A stretch of 64,000 bases of DNA from the NCBI GenBank assembly GCA_965218795.1, contig OZ244653.1, forward strand, positions 2,784,001 to 2,848,000, given 5' to 3'. Position 1 is the stretch's first letter, and every line of letters starts with the position of its first letter. The DNA is from a bacterium (GTDB lineage: Bacteria; UBA8248; JACPRG01; G963555815). The notes below the pieces were generated by a model. The model did not search any database. It was given only the letters and a program-made list of their open reading frames with translations, and was not told where the DNA came from. Made by a program: the position numbers and the translations under genes. Positions 9,149 through 19,188 of this stretch are shown here, piece after piece.

Positions 9149-9544
9149 TTATTCCACAACCGCAATCGCTTCAATCTCGACCAGGAACTTCGTGGTTGCG
9201 AGACCCTGAAGGACACAGAGCGTGTTGGCGGGCGGCTGGTCCTTGAAGTGACGGCCCACAAGGTCCCTCGCTTTCTGGGCGTCTTCCTGCTTGACGACGA
9301 AGGTGGTCAGCTTGACGACGTCTGCGAAAGAGGCGCCCGCTTCGGCCAGGACGTCCCGGAGGTTCGACATCACCTGTTCCCCCTGGGCGTCAAAATCGCC
9401 TTCTCCAACGATGTTCCCCTCGGCATCCCCCGCCACCTGGCCGGCGCAGAAGACCAGCCGGTTCGCGCCTTTTACTTCAATCCCGTGTGAATATGCGCTG
9501 AACGGCTTGTGGAGCGTTTCCGGTTGCAGGATTCTTTTTTCCAT
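9149..9544 (-). CDS. RidA/YjgF/UK114 family protein
   Basis: AYSHG, AGQV, DVVKLTTF, VEIEAIAV motifs. Confidence 0.9.
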   Translation of the reverse strand: MEKRILQPETLHKPFSAYSHGIEVKGANRLVFCAGQVAGDAEGNIVGEGDFDAQGEQVMSNLRDVLAEAGASFADVVKLTTFVVKQEDAQKARDLVGRHFKDQPPANTLCVLQGLATTKFLVEIEAIAVVE

Positions 9545-9754
9545 TCATTCATCTCCTTGAAGTCTGCGCGGCGCGGAAGAATTTCCACTCGCAATGGACC
9601 CTTTGAAGCCCGCTCCCGGATTTGTCGAACCCCGGTGGTTCGTTGAGACGGCCTTCCGAAAATAACAGATGGTTCGAGGAAGTGTCACGAACTTGCTTTT
9701 CAAAGGCCGGGTGGAGGGCCTTCCGGGCTTGGATCGGTTCGCCCTCCCAGTCGC

Positions 9755-10972
9755 TCAAGGCTTCTCCGTCGTCGAGGGAAGGAGCCAGGCGGCAGCCGCG
9801 GCGGGTATCCAGGCCAGAAAGAGAAGGGCGATGGCGGTCGGCAATCCGACGCGATCGGCCAGAAAGCCGATGTAAAGAATGCCTGCGCTCCCCACCGTCC
9901 ACGTGACCCCCATCATCAGGCTCGACGCGGTGCTCGCGCTTTCGGGAACCAGTTCCTGAGCCAATGCGATTGTGACCCCCAAGGTTGCGATCGCCACCAT
10001 GCCGAGCGCAGCGAGAAAGATCCACAGAAGCGGTCCCCGGGTCCAGAGGAATCCGTAGGAGAGCGGGATCGAAGAGACCATTGTGACCAGGAGGATTCGC
10101 CGGCGTCCCACACGGTCCGCCAATCGCCCTCCAATCAGACTGCCCACCGCCCCCGCTCCGATGAATGTCGAAACCGAGGCGCCCGCGGGCACCAGCCCAT
10201 AGCCCTTTTGTATCATGAGCAGGGGCAGGAAGCTGCTCAAACCGACCATCACGCACGTTCGCAGGGCCTCCATAATCCAGAGCAAGGCCAGCGGACGGAA
10301 GTTTCTCCGAAACGGTTTCAGGAATTCCTCGAATCCGGTCCAGGGCTGATGGGCTTGAACCGGTTCCCAACGGCTCCGGACGGCGAGGGCGATCGCCAGC
10401 GCCGGCAGAGCCGTCAGGAGAAGGTAATCGGGTCCGAAGTACGCGGCGACGGGAGCGGCCATGAGCGGGCCGACCGCGTAGCCCGTCCGCCCCGCGGTCA
10501 TGAAGACGGCCATGCTGAAAGCGCGGGACCGGCCCGCGGCCTCGCCTGCGATGGCGGCCGATTGGGGGTGAAAGGCGGCCGTCGAGAGGCCCGCCACGCA
10601 CAAGAGGAGGAGCGCCACCCAGTAGGCCGGCGCCCACGCTATCGCGCTGATCAGGACGCCGGTCACCAGAAGGCCCCAGACCGGAAACTTGAACCTGGGG
10701 AAGCGGTCTGACAGAAACCCGAAGGGCAGTTGTCCCAAAGATGCAAGTAAAGAATACGCCATCAGCAATGCGGCCCCAAGCGTCATCGACAATTGAAACT
10801 TGGGCAGAAGGATCGGCAGATAAACCGAAAGAGAGCCTGTATATGAATCCAGCATGAGATGGCCGGCCGCGACCCAGTACACCTGTGCGTGAACCGCTCT
10901 CGGCCCGGAAACCGGTGGAGCGCTCTGTTGAACGGGCGCTGAGATCTCCAGATCGGTTTCGGTTGCGCTCAT
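9755..10972 (-). CDS. MFS transporter (Fsr-like)
   Basis: Multiple hydrophobic segments; QLPFGFLSDRF, AFHPQ and GGRLADRVGRR motifs. Confidence 0.88.
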   Translation of the reverse strand: MSATETDLEISAPVQQSAPPVSGPRAVHAQVYWVAAGHLMLDSYTGSLSVYLPILLPKFQLSMTLGAALLMAYSLLASLGQLPFGFLSDRFPRFKFPVWGLLVTGVLISAIAWAPAYWVALLLLCVAGLSTAAFHPQSAAIAGEAAGRSRAFSMAVFMTAGRTGYAVGPLMAAPVAAYFGPDYLLLTALPALAIALAVRSRWEPVQAHQPWTGFEEFLKPFRRNFRPLALLWIMEALRTCVMVGLSSFLPLLMIQKGYGLVPAGASVSTFIGAGAVGSLIGGRLADRVGRRRILLVTMVSSIPLSYGFLWTRGPLLWIFLAALGMVAIATLGVTIALAQELVPESASTASSLMMGVTWTVGSAGILYIGFLADRVGLPTAIALLFLAWIPAAAAAWLLPSTTEKP

Positions 10973-11124
10973 GTCGCTTGGTCACTAGAGTCTGGAATGG
11001 GGCGCTCGCCAAGGAATCCGGAGCATCATACAACGAATGGGTTCACCCTGGGGATATGCCGAGGAAGCACGACGCAATGGAGGAATGTCCGCGATCATCC
11101 GTTCAAGAGGATTGGACGGCAAAG

Positions 11125-11817
11125 TCATCCTGATTCAACCGCTTGCAGCAAAATCTCCCGATATCCCTCCAATGCGGCCTCACCCGTTTTCCCCGCCGGC
11201 TTGACGACTCGCAGGATCCCGTTTTCGTCGAAGGCTTTTTCCGCGCCGAAAGGGTTGTGGTAGACCTCGCCGTTTGGCAGCACAAACGTCGGACTGGTCA
11301 TGGGCCGCCCTTCTTCATCCCGCATACGAAGAGCTTCCCGGCAATCCTCCATGATCCGTCTCTTATAGGTTCCATTGTCGAAGTCTTTCGTGAATCGATC
11401 CACATCCAGACCCGCTTCGCCGGCGATCTCGATCAGGGTGTTCCGCAGGTGAATCCACCGGCTTTCATGATACAAGGCTCGTCGCACGCGGTAGTCATAG
11501 TCGAAGGCGCGGAGCGGATCCTGGGCGAAGGCGCATTCATACGCTTCGGACGCGAGGGAAACGGCATCCGGATATCCCTCGTTGTCCCATGGGCGGAAGT
11601 CGCAGAGCGGCTCTTCTTGGGCCGCGAGCGGGATTTCCTGGTCGATGACGTGCCTGGGCGCTGGGGTGCCGTCGATGATGTCCAGCGGGAAAGCCCGCCA
11701 GTGGATGATGAGTGGGTCCTGAAATTCGGAGAGAACGGCTTTCAGCCTCGCCGAGGCGACGTACGCCCAGGGTCACTGGTACTCAGCATAAACGTCGATA
11801 GTGGGAGGGTTCGTCAT
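11125..11817 (-). CDS. DsbA/FrnE-like thioredoxin-fold protein, probable selenoprotein (UGA at codon 15, UPWA motif)
   Basis: Manual extension of ORF 11125..11487 gives MTNPPTIDVYAEYQ-TGA(11775-11773)-PWAYVASARL...IIHWRAFPL, open into the listed ORF. GLDVDRF and cis-Pro loop SPTFV present; GGAG RBS upstream. Confidence 0.8.
11745..11757 (-). promoter_or_regulatory. Candidate SECIS hairpin (GCCUC-GGC-GAGGC)
   Basis: 5-bp stem starting 15 nt after the UGA, with a G-first loop 20 nt after the UGA. Confidence 0.5.
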
Positions 11818-12129
11818 CTGTTGAATCTCCGGGAGGGTGTCTGGAAGGAAAAGTATACCATGGACGCCGAAGCGGAACGGGCGCAGATCCAATCCCGTCC
11901 CGGCGTGCGCGGGAACCCGTTCAGGCGGCCTTCTGAAATTCGTATCGAAGTTTGTTCGCTTCGTGGCTTCCCCGTCAGACCTTGCAACGCGAACGCCCCG
12001 AGACCGTTCAAGCCGAATGCCGGCACCGCAATCAGAAGGGTAAGCGAAAACTCATCACCGTATTGACATTTGGCCAAATGATGCGAAAATAATACGAAAT
12101 AATATTCCAGCTTTCAGGAGGTCAAAGAA

Positions 12130-13215
12130 ATGGCGAACATCAATCCATCCATTCGGGGCAGGGGGGCCGCGGGAAATCCGCACAACCGATTCGAGAGACT
12201 GGAGTACGTCCAGGACGATGACCTGGCCCCCGGAAGCCTCTCATCCAGCGAGACGCGCGCCCCCGAAAGCCTGTTTTTCAAGGATCCATCGCGCTCGATC
12301 GTCGCCTTCAACCAAAGTCCGGATATCGGATTCGACGCGAGCGTGAATCCCTACCGCGGATGCGAGCACGGCTGCATCTATTGTTACGCCCGCCCCACGC
12401 ATGAATACCTGGGGTTCTCCCTCGGTCTCGATTTTGAAACGAGGATCATGGTGAAAGAGGGAGCGCATCTCCTGTTGCGAAAGAACCTGTCCTCTCCCCG
12501 GTGGAAACCCCAGGTGGTAGTCCTCAGCGGCGTCACGGATTCCTACCAGCCGGCGGAGCGCCGCCTTGCGCTCACGCGCCGTTGCCTTGAGGTCTTCCTT
12601 GAGTTTCGGAACCCGGTCGCCGTGGTCACAAAAAGCCGGCTTGTCGTTCGGGATGTGGATCTCCTTGCCGGGTTGGCGAAATTCGATGCATCCGCAGTGT
12701 TTCTGTCGATCACCACACTGGATGACCGTTTGAGCCGACTGATGGAGCCGCGCGCCTCCCTCCCCGAAAGGCGGCTGGAGGCGATCCGGCAACTTCGTCA
12801 GGGGGGGGTCCCCGTCGGCGTTCTCGTCGCGCCCGTCATACCGGGCCTGACCGATCACGAGCTTCCGTCCATCATCAAAGCCGCCGCTGAGGCCGGGGCC
12901 GGGTTTGCGGGGTACACGACACTGCGCCTTCCTCACGGCCTTTCCTCGCTTTTCGAGGATTGGCTGATTCGGCACTTCCCGGATGCAGCTCACAAAGTCT
13001 TGAACCGGCTGAGGGCCATCAGGGGGGGACGGTTGAACGACCCGCGTTTTCATCAGCGGATGAGAGGTGAGGGGCCGTTCGCTGAGCAGATCGAGAATCT
13101 TTTTACCGTTGCCTGCCGGAAAGCCGGATTGCTCGGCCATCAGCCGAAGCTTTCGACAGCGTCATTCCGTCCATCGGGGAATTCGCAGTTGGCGCTGTTC
13201 GCAGACACATCGTAG
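12130..13215 (+). CDS. PA0069/Rv2578c-like radical SAM protein (SplB-related)
   Basis: NPYRGCEHGCIYCYARPTHEYLG (CxxxCxxC), SGVTDSYQPAE, C-terminal QLALF clamp-binding-like motif. Confidence 0.9.
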   Translation: MANINPSIRGRGAAGNPHNRFERLEYVQDDDLAPGSLSSSETRAPESLFFKDPSRSIVAFNQSPDIGFDASVNPYRGCEHGCIYCYARPTHEYLGFSLGLDFETRIMVKEGAHLLLRKNLSSPRWKPQVVVLSGVTDSYQPAERRLALTRRCLEVFLEFRNPVAVVTKSRLVVRDVDLLAGLAKFDASAVFLSITTLDDRLSRLMEPRASLPERRLEAIRQLRQGGVPVGVLVAPVIPGLTDHELPSIIKAAAEAGAGFAGYTTLRLPHGLSSLFEDWLIRHFPDAAHKVLNRLRAIRGGRLNDPRFHQRMRGEGPFAEQIENLFTVACRKAGLLGHQPKLSTASFRPSGNSQLALFADTS

Positions 13216-13259
13216 TGAACGCGGCGCTCTCCGCGACTTGCATGCCTTCGGTTCGATGG

Positions 13260-14102
13260 TCATCGGTGAAGGCGGACCGCTTTGAATGCCTGAGTGACCT
13301 CCGGGACAGCCTTCTCGATAGGGAACCGCTCGGCCGAGGAACCGCCTACATATCCGTCCAGGCGGCCTTCCCGCTTCAGCAATGCCTCGAAATTTTCGGG
13401 CGACTCGAGAAACCCGCCGTGACAGGTCAGGATACAGTCACCGTATGAACCGGCCAGAGCGTCGCAGATGGCGGCCGCGCGCCCGGCGGCTTCATCCAAC
13501 TCGACGACGGACTTCGAGCCGACAGTCCCCCCCGAAGAGTTGCCGATGTGAATGATTACGTTGTCCACGCCGGCCTCGGCCATGGCCAGCGCTTCTTCGG
13601 GTGACGTGCAAAAGGCCTTGGTGAAGAACCCCATTCGGCAGGCCTCTCCGAGCATCGCCACTTCTTTTGAAAACCCCATGCCCGTCTCTTCCAACGCTCG
13701 GCGGAAGCTGCCGTCAATCAGAGCGATGGTCGGGCAGTTCATCACACCGTCGAAACCCGCTGCCTGCACCCTGGCAAGGAAACGGGGCATATCGCGCGTA
13801 GGGTCCGTGCCGAGAAGGCCGGCGACGACCGGACAATCCGTCACAACGTTCAGAATAGACCGCTCGCCCAGCTCCAGTGTCATTTCGTTGGCGTCCCCGA
13901 TGGGCAGGTATCCGGCCATGGAACTGAGACCCTGCATGCGGAAGTGGGCGAGGTTGAAGGTGGTGATCAGATCGGCGCCGCCCCGGGCCGCGAACTTGGC
14001 CGTGATTCCGCTCCCGCAGAGCGCGTCGTAAATGGCGCGTCCTTTGTCGCGCTCGGCCCGGAGGCGAGACACCGCCTCGTCTTTTGTGAATCGACCGGCC
14101 AT
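13260..14102 (-). CDS. Phosphoenolpyruvate hydrolase-like TIM-barrel protein
   Basis: GSGITAKF..GGADLI, FRMQGLSSMAGYLPIGDAN, CHGG, GGSSAERFP; strong RBS before 14102. Confidence 0.85.
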   Translation of the reverse strand: MAGRFTKDEAVSRLRAERDKGRAIYDALCGSGITAKFAARGGADLITTFNLAHFRMQGLSSMAGYLPIGDANEMTLELGERSILNVVTDCPVVAGLLGTDPTRDMPRFLARVQAAGFDGVMNCPTIALIDGSFRRALEETGMGFSKEVAMLGEACRMGFFTKAFCTSPEEALAMAEAGVDNVIIHIGNSSGGTVGSKSVVELDEAAGRAAAICDALAGSYGDCILTCHGGFLESPENFEALLKREGRLDGYVGGSSAERFPIEKAVPEVTQAFKAVRLHR

Positions 14103-14461
14103 TCGTTGGCTCCTCCTCCCCAAGACAGCAACTGCACCCATCGTCAATTTGGGTTCCTGAGTTCGATCTTTCCAATCAAGTTACGAATTGAAATCAACCG
14201 CGTCATTCAATGACATGGAAACATTCGGGTTTGACTCGTAAAGCGGAGCCGTGATAGAGATTCTCATCGACATGGAATCTGAAAGAGTCCGTTCGGCGGT
14301 GAGGCGCTCACACGCGATCTTTGTGGCTTGAGCCGATCATCGTGCAGGGCAATCGCGCCTCCCCCAGTGGAGGCATGGATACGCCAGTTTCCCACAAAAG
14401 CGTAAGTGTCAATCGACCGATTTCGCCGGATCACGGGAGTTTCAACCCCGGGAGGTAACTG

Positions 14462-15823
14462 ATGAACAGGGAGCAAGCGAAAAGACGACTGAAACAGGAC
14501 AAGGTGGAGTTCATTCTCGCCCAGTTTGTGGATGTCTACGGCTCGGCGAAGGTGAAGCTGGTGCCGGTCGAACATTTCGACGACTTGTGCGCGGACGGCG
14601 CCGGGTTTGCCGGGGCGGCGGTCTGGGGTCTGGGGCAGGGTCCCCACAGCCATGACATGATGGCGAAGCCCGACCTCGCTTCCTACACGTCGATTCCCTG
14701 GAAACCCGGTCTGGCCCGCTTCGCCTGCAACATCTTCGTGGACGACGAGCCGCATCCCTATTGCAGCCGAACCCGGCTTCAGCAAGTCCTCCAGGAGCTT
14801 CGGAAGGAGGGTTACGTTTTCAACGTGGGGATGGAGCCCGAGCACTTCCTGGTCCGGCGGGACGAGCTCGGACGGATTGTCGTGGACGACCCGGACGGCG
14901 TCGACACCTTGGACAAGCCTTGTTACGACTTCAAGGGAATGTCGGGCCAGCTCGATTATCTCCAGACCCTGACCCGCTACATGAATCAGCTTGGGTGGGA
15001 CGTTTATCAGGTGGACCACGAGGACGCCAACGGCCAGTACGAGATTAACTTCATGTTCGCGGACGCGATGACGACCGCGGACCGGTACATCCTGTTCAAG
15101 ATGATGACCAGTCAGGTGGCCAAATCCTTCGGCTGTATCGCCACCCACATGGGCAAGCCCTTCGCCGATCGCACCGGAAGCGGGGCCCATTTCCATTTCT
15201 CCATCGCAAGCGCCAAGACGGGCAAGAACTTGTTCATCGACAAGAAGGATCCCAAGGGGCTGGGCAAGTCGGAGTTCGCCTATCACTTTCTTGGGGGATT
15301 GATTCACCACGCGCGCCCCCTGGCGGCTCTGACTTCGCCCACGGTCAATTGCTACAAGCGGCTTCAGATGGGGGACGCCCTGTACGGCAGCCGGTCCGGC
15401 TTCACCTGGACTCCCGCATTCATCTCATACGGGGATAATAACCGGACCCAGATGTTTCGAACCCCGGACGAGGCCCGTTTCGAGGACCGGTCGGTTTCGG
15501 CGGCCTGCAACCCCTATCTTGCGATGGCGGCCTACGTCAAGGCCGGCATGGACGGTGTCCACAAGAAACTCGATCCCGGCGAGCCCAACATCGGCCAGAA
15601 CATGTATGAGCTCACCGCCGGCGACCTCAAGCAACGGCATGTCCAGATCCTTCCTCAGAGTCTTGGGGAGGCCCTGGATGCCCTGGGAGGCGACAAGGTC
15701 GTGCAATCCGCGCTGGGGCAGCCGCTGTATGACGAGTTTCTGGCGGTGAAGCGGCGGGAATGGGTCCAGTACAGCCGGTGCGTCACGCAATGGGAAGTGG
15801 ACCGCTTCCTGACGGCCATTTGA
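14462..15823 (+). CDS. gmaS: Type III glutamine synthetase-like gamma-glutamylmethylamide synthetase
   Basis: GMEPEHF, DHEDANGQYE, KPFADRTGSGAHFH, YGDNNRT motifs; directly upstream of mgsABC-like genes. Confidence 0.8.
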   Translation: MNREQAKRRLKQDKVEFILAQFVDVYGSAKVKLVPVEHFDDLCADGAGFAGAAVWGLGQGPHSHDMMAKPDLASYTSIPWKPGLARFACNIFVDDEPHPYCSRTRLQQVLQELRKEGYVFNVGMEPEHFLVRRDELGRIVVDDPDGVDTLDKPCYDFKGMSGQLDYLQTLTRYMNQLGWDVYQVDHEDANGQYEINFMFADAMTTADRYILFKMMTSQVAKSFGCIATHMGKPFADRTGSGAHFHFSIASAKTGKNLFIDKKDPKGLGKSEFAYHFLGGLIHHARPLAALTSPTVNCYKRLQMGDALYGSRSGFTWTPAFISYGDNNRTQMFRTPDEARFEDRSVSAACNPYLAMAAYVKAGMDGVHKKLDPGEPNIGQNMYELTAGDLKQRHVQILPQSLGEALDALGGDKVVQSALGQPLYDEFLAVKRREWVQYSRCVTQWEVDRFLTAI

Positions 15824-15950
15824 ATTCATGTCCGCCCACAACCATGTCCGAGGCGTCCCCTGGGAGGATTCGTTGAAGTCCATGGGGTTCCATGCTAAAT
15901 AGTCTCCTGAAGAACAGAGCCGGTTTCTCTCTCTAGGGTTTCCCGAGAAC

Positions 15951-16892
15951 ATGTGCGGAATCGCTGGAATCCTGTACAAAGGCAGTGCGTCCGACCCCAA
16001 CCGTTCGGTGGGACGGGACATGATTGGGATGCTCGAATCCATGCGGCATCGGGGGGCGGATTCCACCGGTGTCACGATCCTTGGAGAGAGCATTTCGGGA
16101 AATCTCCTCCTGCGCCTCCACGCTCCGAAGAGCAGCCTCAACGGCGGGAATGGGCGCGACCCGCAGCGGGACGAATGGATTCAGCAGTCCCTCCACGCCA
16201 TCGAGGGTTCGGGGGCGAAGATCCTCGACCGGTCGGGTGAGAACCGCTTTCTGCGCCTGACGCTGGACTATGATGGAGATGTGCGGGACCTGGCGGAGGC
16301 CCTCTATGGACTCCCGGACGTTCAGATTCACAGCATCGGACGCTGCTCGGAAGTGATCAAGGACGTGGGGGATGCCGATGAGCTGGAAACCCGCCATCAC
16401 ATTGCCGCCTTGAACGGTACCCACGCCCTCGGCCATGTCCGGCTGGCCACTGAGAGCCAGGTGGACATCACGCATTCCCATCCGTTTTGGGCCTTCCCGT
16501 TTTGTGACATCACCGTGGTCCACAATGGCCAATTGACCAATTACCACAAGATGAAGAGGCTGTTCGAACAGGCGGGCTATCGTTTCCAGACTCAGAACGA
16601 CTCCGAGCTCATCGCCGTCTACCTCGCGCACCACCTGGAACGGGATGAAGACCTGGAGCGGACCCTTCATCGCGCACTGGGCGATCTGGACGGAACCTTT
16701 ACCTTCCTGGTTTCGACGCCGACTGGACTCGGTTGCGCGAAGGACCAATGGTCCGCCAAGCCGCTGGTCATCATGGAGCGTCATGACGTCGTGGCCGTCG
16801 CCTCCGAGGAGGTGGCGCTCCGCCAGGTGTTTCCGGAAGAGATCGAGCGGTTCGAACCGCAGGAAAATGAGGTCATGACGTGGTCGATCTAG
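15951..16892 (+). CDS. mgsA: N-methylglutamate synthase subunit A (class II glutamine amidotransferase fold)
   Basis: MCGIAG start, HVRLATES, VHNGQLTN, NDSE; operon context. Confidence 0.8.
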   Translation: MCGIAGILYKGSASDPNRSVGRDMIGMLESMRHRGADSTGVTILGESISGNLLLRLHAPKSSLNGGNGRDPQRDEWIQQSLHAIEGSGAKILDRSGENRFLRLTLDYDGDVRDLAEALYGLPDVQIHSIGRCSEVIKDVGDADELETRHHIAALNGTHALGHVRLATESQVDITHSHPFWAFPFCDITVVHNGQLTNYHKMKRLFEQAGYRFQTQNDSELIAVYLAHHLERDEDLERTLHRALGDLDGTFTFLVSTPTGLGCAKDQWSAKPLVIMERHDVVAVASEEVALRQVFPEEIERFEPQENEVMTWSI

Positions 16893-17563
16893 ACGCCCAA
16901 GGAAAATCGACCCGCGAAATCAATCAATCCCTCAAAAAGTTCGCGGCCCGGGGGGAGGAGGTGCATCTTCTCAACCCGCAGGCGAGGCATAACCTGGCAG
17001 TTGCGGTCTTCCATCCATTTCAATTGGTGATCGAAGGAAGCGTCGGTTATTTTGCCGCGAGCTTGTGCGATGGTCCGGATGTCTCCATTCGGGGAAACGC
17101 GGGCTGGGCGGCGGGGGATAACTTGATGAGGGGCCGCGTCCGCGTGGCGAAGAACGCCGGGGCCTCATGCGGTTGTACCATTCACGGCGGCGAGATCATC
17201 GTCGGCGGAAACGTGGGCGCCCGGTGCGGAATCTCCATGAAGGGAGGGACCATCCTGGTCGGCGGGAACGCCGGCTACCTGACTGGCTACATGATGCAGC
17301 GCGGCCGGATCATCGTCTGCGGTGACGTGGGCGACGGGGTCGGTGATTCCATGTATGAAGGCGCAATCTATGTCGGGGGAAGGATCGGCGCCCTGGGAAA
17401 CGACGCCAGGCTCGAGGATTTGGAGGCCGGCGAAGCGGAGTCTTTGATGGACATGTTGGGCCGGCACGAAATCTCCGCCAGGCCCGCGTTCAAGAAGATC
17501 GTGTGCGAGGGCAGGCTCTATCACTTCGATAAGCTGGAGCTCCTTGAACGGCAGGTCGTCTGA
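16880..17563 (+). CDS. mgsB: N-methylglutamate synthase subunit B (GXGXG beta-helix)
   Basis: Repeated GxxG beta-helix, ARCGISMKG, GDSMYEG; context. Confidence 0.8.
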   Translation: MVDLDAQGKSTREINQSLKKFAARGEEVHLLNPQARHNLAVAVFHPFQLVIEGSVGYFAASLCDGPDVSIRGNAGWAAGDNLMRGRVRVAKNAGASCGCTIHGGEIIVGGNVGARCGISMKGGTILVGGNAGYLTGYMMQRGRIIVCGDVGDGVGDSMYEGAIYVGGRIGALGNDARLEDLEAGEAESLMDMLGRHEISARPAFKKIVCEGRLYHFDKLELLERQVV

Positions 17564-17577
17564 GGAACCCCCGATCG

Positions 17578-18879
17578 ATGATTGAAACCACAAATCCGAC
17601 CTGGAGTCCCGACGTCATCCGGGACATTCACGCCAAGGCCGACCTCGGAAGGTACCGTCTCAGCAGCTATTGCACCTTTCAACGTGTCCCTCACTTTGAC
17701 GATCTCGTTTTTCTCTCCACAGGACTGACGCGCTTTCCCCTGGAAGGCTATCGGGAAAAGTGCGAGACCAAGACCGTTCTTGGGCGCCGGTTCGCCCAGG
17801 AACCCCTTGAGCTTGACATCCCGATCTACGTCAGCGGTATGAGCTACGGGGCCTTATCGCGGAACGCGAAGACCGCCTTGGGATTGGGCGCGACGAAGGT
17901 CGGTACGGCGACCTGCACCGGTGATGGGGGCATGCTCAAGGAAGAGCGCGAGGCGTCGAAAAAACTGATCTACCAGGTGTTGCCCAGCCGCTACGGTTTC
18001 GATCCCCATCACCTGGTCGGGGCCGAGGCCGTTGAGGTCGTCGTCGGCCAGGGGGCTAAACCCGGCACGGGCGGAATGCTCATGGGCATGAAGGTGCGGG
18101 ACGACGTGGCCGAGCAGCGGGTCCTCCCGGCGGGAATCGATCAACGCAGCCCGGCCCGGCATCCCGACTGGCTGGGACCGGACGATCTGGCCATCAAGGT
18201 GGAACAAATCAGGGAAGCCACGGACGGTCGGATACCGGTCCACATCAAGCTGCCGGCCTGTCGCGTCAGAGATGACGTGAAGCTGGCGGCCAAGTGCGGC
18301 GCCGATGCGATCGTCCTTGACGGCATGCAGGCAGGGACCGGGACCTCGGGAAAGATCCTCTTGGATCACAGCGGGATTCCCACGATGGCGGCCATCCCTG
18401 CCGCACGCGAGGCCCTTCAGGAGATCGGGCTCTACGGCGAGATCTCCCTGATCGTCTCGGGCGGGATCCGGAGTGGGGCGGACGTCGCCAAGGCCTTGGC
18501 GCTGGGCGCCGACGCCTGCGCCGTCGGGGTCGCCGCGCTCATCGCCCTGAACTGCAATCGGGAGATCCCGGAATCCGATTTTGAAAAGGAAGTCGGCGTG
18601 CCCGCCGGTTCTTGCAACAAGTGCCATACGGGACGGTGCCCGGTGGGCGTTGCCACTCAGGATCCGGAGTTGGAAAAGCGCCTCCATCCCGAGGAGGCGG
18701 GCGAGCGTGTCGCCAACTTCCTCAACGCCTGCACCATGGAGGCCGCGCTCTTGGCGCGGTCCCTTGGAAAAGGCAACATCCACAGCCTGGAGCCCGAGGA
18801 CCTGGCCGCACTGACTATCGAGGCCTCAGCGATGGCCCGGGTTCCGCTGGCCGGCACCGAACGGGTTTTTGGTTCATAA
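17578..18879 (+). CDS. mgsC: N-methylglutamate synthase subunit C (FMN-binding glutamate synthase domain)
   Basis: GMSYGALS, GQGAKPGTGG, SGGIRSGADVAKALALGAD, CNKCHTGRCPVGVATQD. Confidence 0.85.
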   Translation: MIETTNPTWSPDVIRDIHAKADLGRYRLSSYCTFQRVPHFDDLVFLSTGLTRFPLEGYREKCETKTVLGRRFAQEPLELDIPIYVSGMSYGALSRNAKTALGLGATKVGTATCTGDGGMLKEEREASKKLIYQVLPSRYGFDPHHLVGAEAVEVVVGQGAKPGTGGMLMGMKVRDDVAEQRVLPAGIDQRSPARHPDWLGPDDLAIKVEQIREATDGRIPVHIKLPACRVRDDVKLAAKCGADAIVLDGMQAGTGTSGKILLDHSGIPTMAAIPAAREALQEIGLYGEISLIVSGGIRSGADVAKALALGADACAVGVAALIALNCNREIPESDFEKEVGVPAGSCNKCHTGRCPVGVATQDPELEKRLHPEEAGERVANFLNACTMEAALLARSLGKGNIHSLEPEDLAALTIEASAMARVPLAGTERVFGS

Positions 18880-18903
18880 AGTCAACGCAATGACGCGAAT
18901 ATC

Positions 18904-19188
18904 ATGTCCTTTTTGATTCCGTGTCCGCATTGTGGTCCGCGCAGCGTCTATGAATTCCGTTACGGTGGTGAAGTCAAGAAGCGGCCCGCGCCCGATGCCT
19001 CCCATAAAGAATGGACCCGGTACAATTACCTCCAGGCCAATGTTGCCGGGGAACAAGAAGAATGGTGGTTCCACCGGGACGGCTGCAGGGCCTGGTTCCT
19101 GGCGGAGCGGAACACGAAAACCAATCGAGTCATCCGGACGTGGTGGCCGGAGGCTGATCCGGCCGTGGAGGTGCCGGATTCCCCATGA
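18904..19188 (+). CDS. mgdB: Sarcosine oxidase delta-like subunit (N-methylglutamate dehydrogenase)
   Basis: CPHCGPR...EFRYGGE...WFHRDGC...RNT motif. Confidence 0.75.
   Translation: MSFLIPCPHCGPRSVYEFRYGGEVKKRPAPDASHKEWTRYNYLQANVAGEQEEWWFHRDGCRAWFLAERNTKTNRVIRTWWPEADPAVEVPDSP

Noticed and set aside
4860-11817. Genome-wide UGA reassignment (Trp or Gly) as the cause of the two in-frame TGAs
   Set aside because: Many genes here end at TGA at natural C-termini or ATGA/TGATG overlaps, and both internal TGAs fall at Cys positions, not Trp or Gly.
15930-15945. CTAGGGTTTCC resembling the start of a guanidine-I (ykkC) riboswitch
   Set aside because: The rest of the aptamer is absent and the start codon follows within a few bases; no such motif was found upstream of the DUF1989 gene either.
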